Shown here piece after piece: positions 62,509-64,000 of a stretch of 64,000 bases of DNA. The translations under genes and the position numbers were made by a program. Position 1 is the first letter of the stretch. Every line of letters begins with the position of its first letter. Below the pieces are notes generated by a model. That model worked only from the letters and a program-made list of their open reading frames with translations, was not told where the DNA came from and did not search any database. This DNA comes from Octopus bimaculoides (taxonomy: Eukaryota): the NCBI RefSeq assembly GCF_001194135.2, contig NC_068981.1, forward strand, positions 172,719,524 to 172,783,523, written 5' to 3'.

Positions 62509-62829
62509 AAATTCAAGAGTAGATTCTCATTCAAAGTAAATGCAGATATGAACTGCAAGACACATAATCTCATATACTGCATTACTTGCCCCATCTGCAA
62601 GGAAAATTACATTTGTGATACAAACAATTCCCTCTGCCAACGTGTAAGAATCTACAGACAACACATCCAACAAGAGGAATTGTGCAAGATTCCACTGAGC
62701 AAATATCTAGAAATATGCAGTAAAAGAAAGTTCAAAACCTTTCTCTTTTACAAATGTTCAAGAGATGACCCAAAGTTCTGAAAAGCAAAGGAGCTACACC
62801 TTATCAAAAAATTCTCTCCAAAATTAAAT
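62505..62829 (+). mobile_element. Penelope-like GIY-YIG endonuclease remnant
   Basis: FKVNADMNCKTHNLIYCITCPICKENYICDTNNSLCQRVRIYRQH...FYKCSRDDPKF*KAKELHLIKKFSPKLN. One premature TGA, probably from CGA. Confidence 0.85.
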
Positions 62830-64000
62830 GTTTCAAAGAGAAGCAGAGGAACTACAGTTTGTCAAAAAGATTGGAAAGAGAAACAGAGACAATATGCATG
62901 GTTAGCTCACACAAACGCTGTGCCCAGCTAATATGACTAGGGAGAAATAATGCAAATGAATGCTCCAATGAATGCTATATTGCTGTCTAACAATATTCAC
63001 ATACCATGTAAGGTGACATCAATGTATGTTAGATGATTTTGGTGTTTGTCAAGAAGGCTTCTTTGTGGTCATTTTACTACCTTATTATTATTTTTTTAAT
63101 AGTAATGATGATGGATGAAGAGAAAACATTTATATTACACTGTTATTGTTGTTTTTTAATGTGGCTCCAATGTTAATGTGACACTCATCTCTATAAATGA
63201 TCAGGTATATATATATAACATTGAGATTTTGACAACTGTTGTTCTTATAGAACTTACATACACCTGAGAAACAATACTAGAACCATTTTGCCACTTGGCA
63301 AAGTAATTCGTGAAAAAGATCTCTTTTGAATTATCTTATCCAAGCAAGAAAAAGAAAAAGAAATCCTACAAAGGATGAAAGATACTCAAAAATATATTTA
63401 AGCAGGCCTTGCTTTGTTATATAATTTATATAGAGTGGCTTCCAGCTAAATATACAATATACAGATCATTACAAAACTCATTTATGATGTTTGATTAAAT
63501 GTACATACAGAATAGATTGAATTATAAGCAGTACTGAACTCAAATTATTTTTTTTATATATTTAGCTTCATTCTCCTAATTTATGAATGTTGTTCTAATA
63601 TTTAATGTTTGTTCGTGCAAAACATGGAATTACACAGAATATGGGATTTGACTATACAAATGTAAAGGAATATACATTCTCATAGGACTTTGAACTCTTT
63701 TTTATTTTTCAGTGATGACTGCACCCATCTCACTTTTTATCTTTCCCATCTTACTTCTTAAAATTGATATCTTGAAAGGTCACCAGCTCTTGTGAAGAAA
63801 TGTGCTTATTTACAAATGTGTTGATAGGTATACAATGAAAAAGGAAAGAAAAGGGAAAAAAAGAAGAAAAAAGAAAGAAAAAAAGAAAAAATGTTTTGTA
63901 ATGAAATTTGAATGGGTTGACCATATCAAATTGAAAAGAAACCTCTCTATATATATATATCTACCAATCTATCTTTCTGTATGTCTGTCTATCTTTTCCC

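Overview
Eukaryotic, very AT-rich genomic window containing (TA)n/(CA)n microsatellites and six N-gaps. The repeat landscape is consistent with an octopod cephalopod; this is an inference, not a database result. One protein-coding gene can be reconstructed on the + strand: 15 GT-AG exons (8391-44148) with every intron phase consistent. They encode about 880 aa of a C3G/RAPGEF1 orthologue (Crk-SH3-binding PxxPxK motifs, REM domain, CDC25 RasGEF domain, stop at 44146-44148). The N-terminal exons probably lie upstream of the window. The rest of the window is introns and downstream DNA filled with decayed mobile elements: tRNA-derived SINEs of several families, RTE and other LINE remnants, two mariner relics, TTAA-type MITEs and three Penelope-like element (PLE) remnants. 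The most notable observation is a set of minimal, PLE-type hammerhead ribozyme motifs. One sits inside a tRNA-headed SINE-like element, inserted as a head-to-head inverted dimer with a 13-bp target-site duplication in a C3G intron (18526-18989). This suggests a Pol III SINE that uses Penelope machinery. Several candidate unannotated alternative exons and splice sites of C3G are also visible. There are no real tRNA or rRNA genes and no CRISPR arrays.
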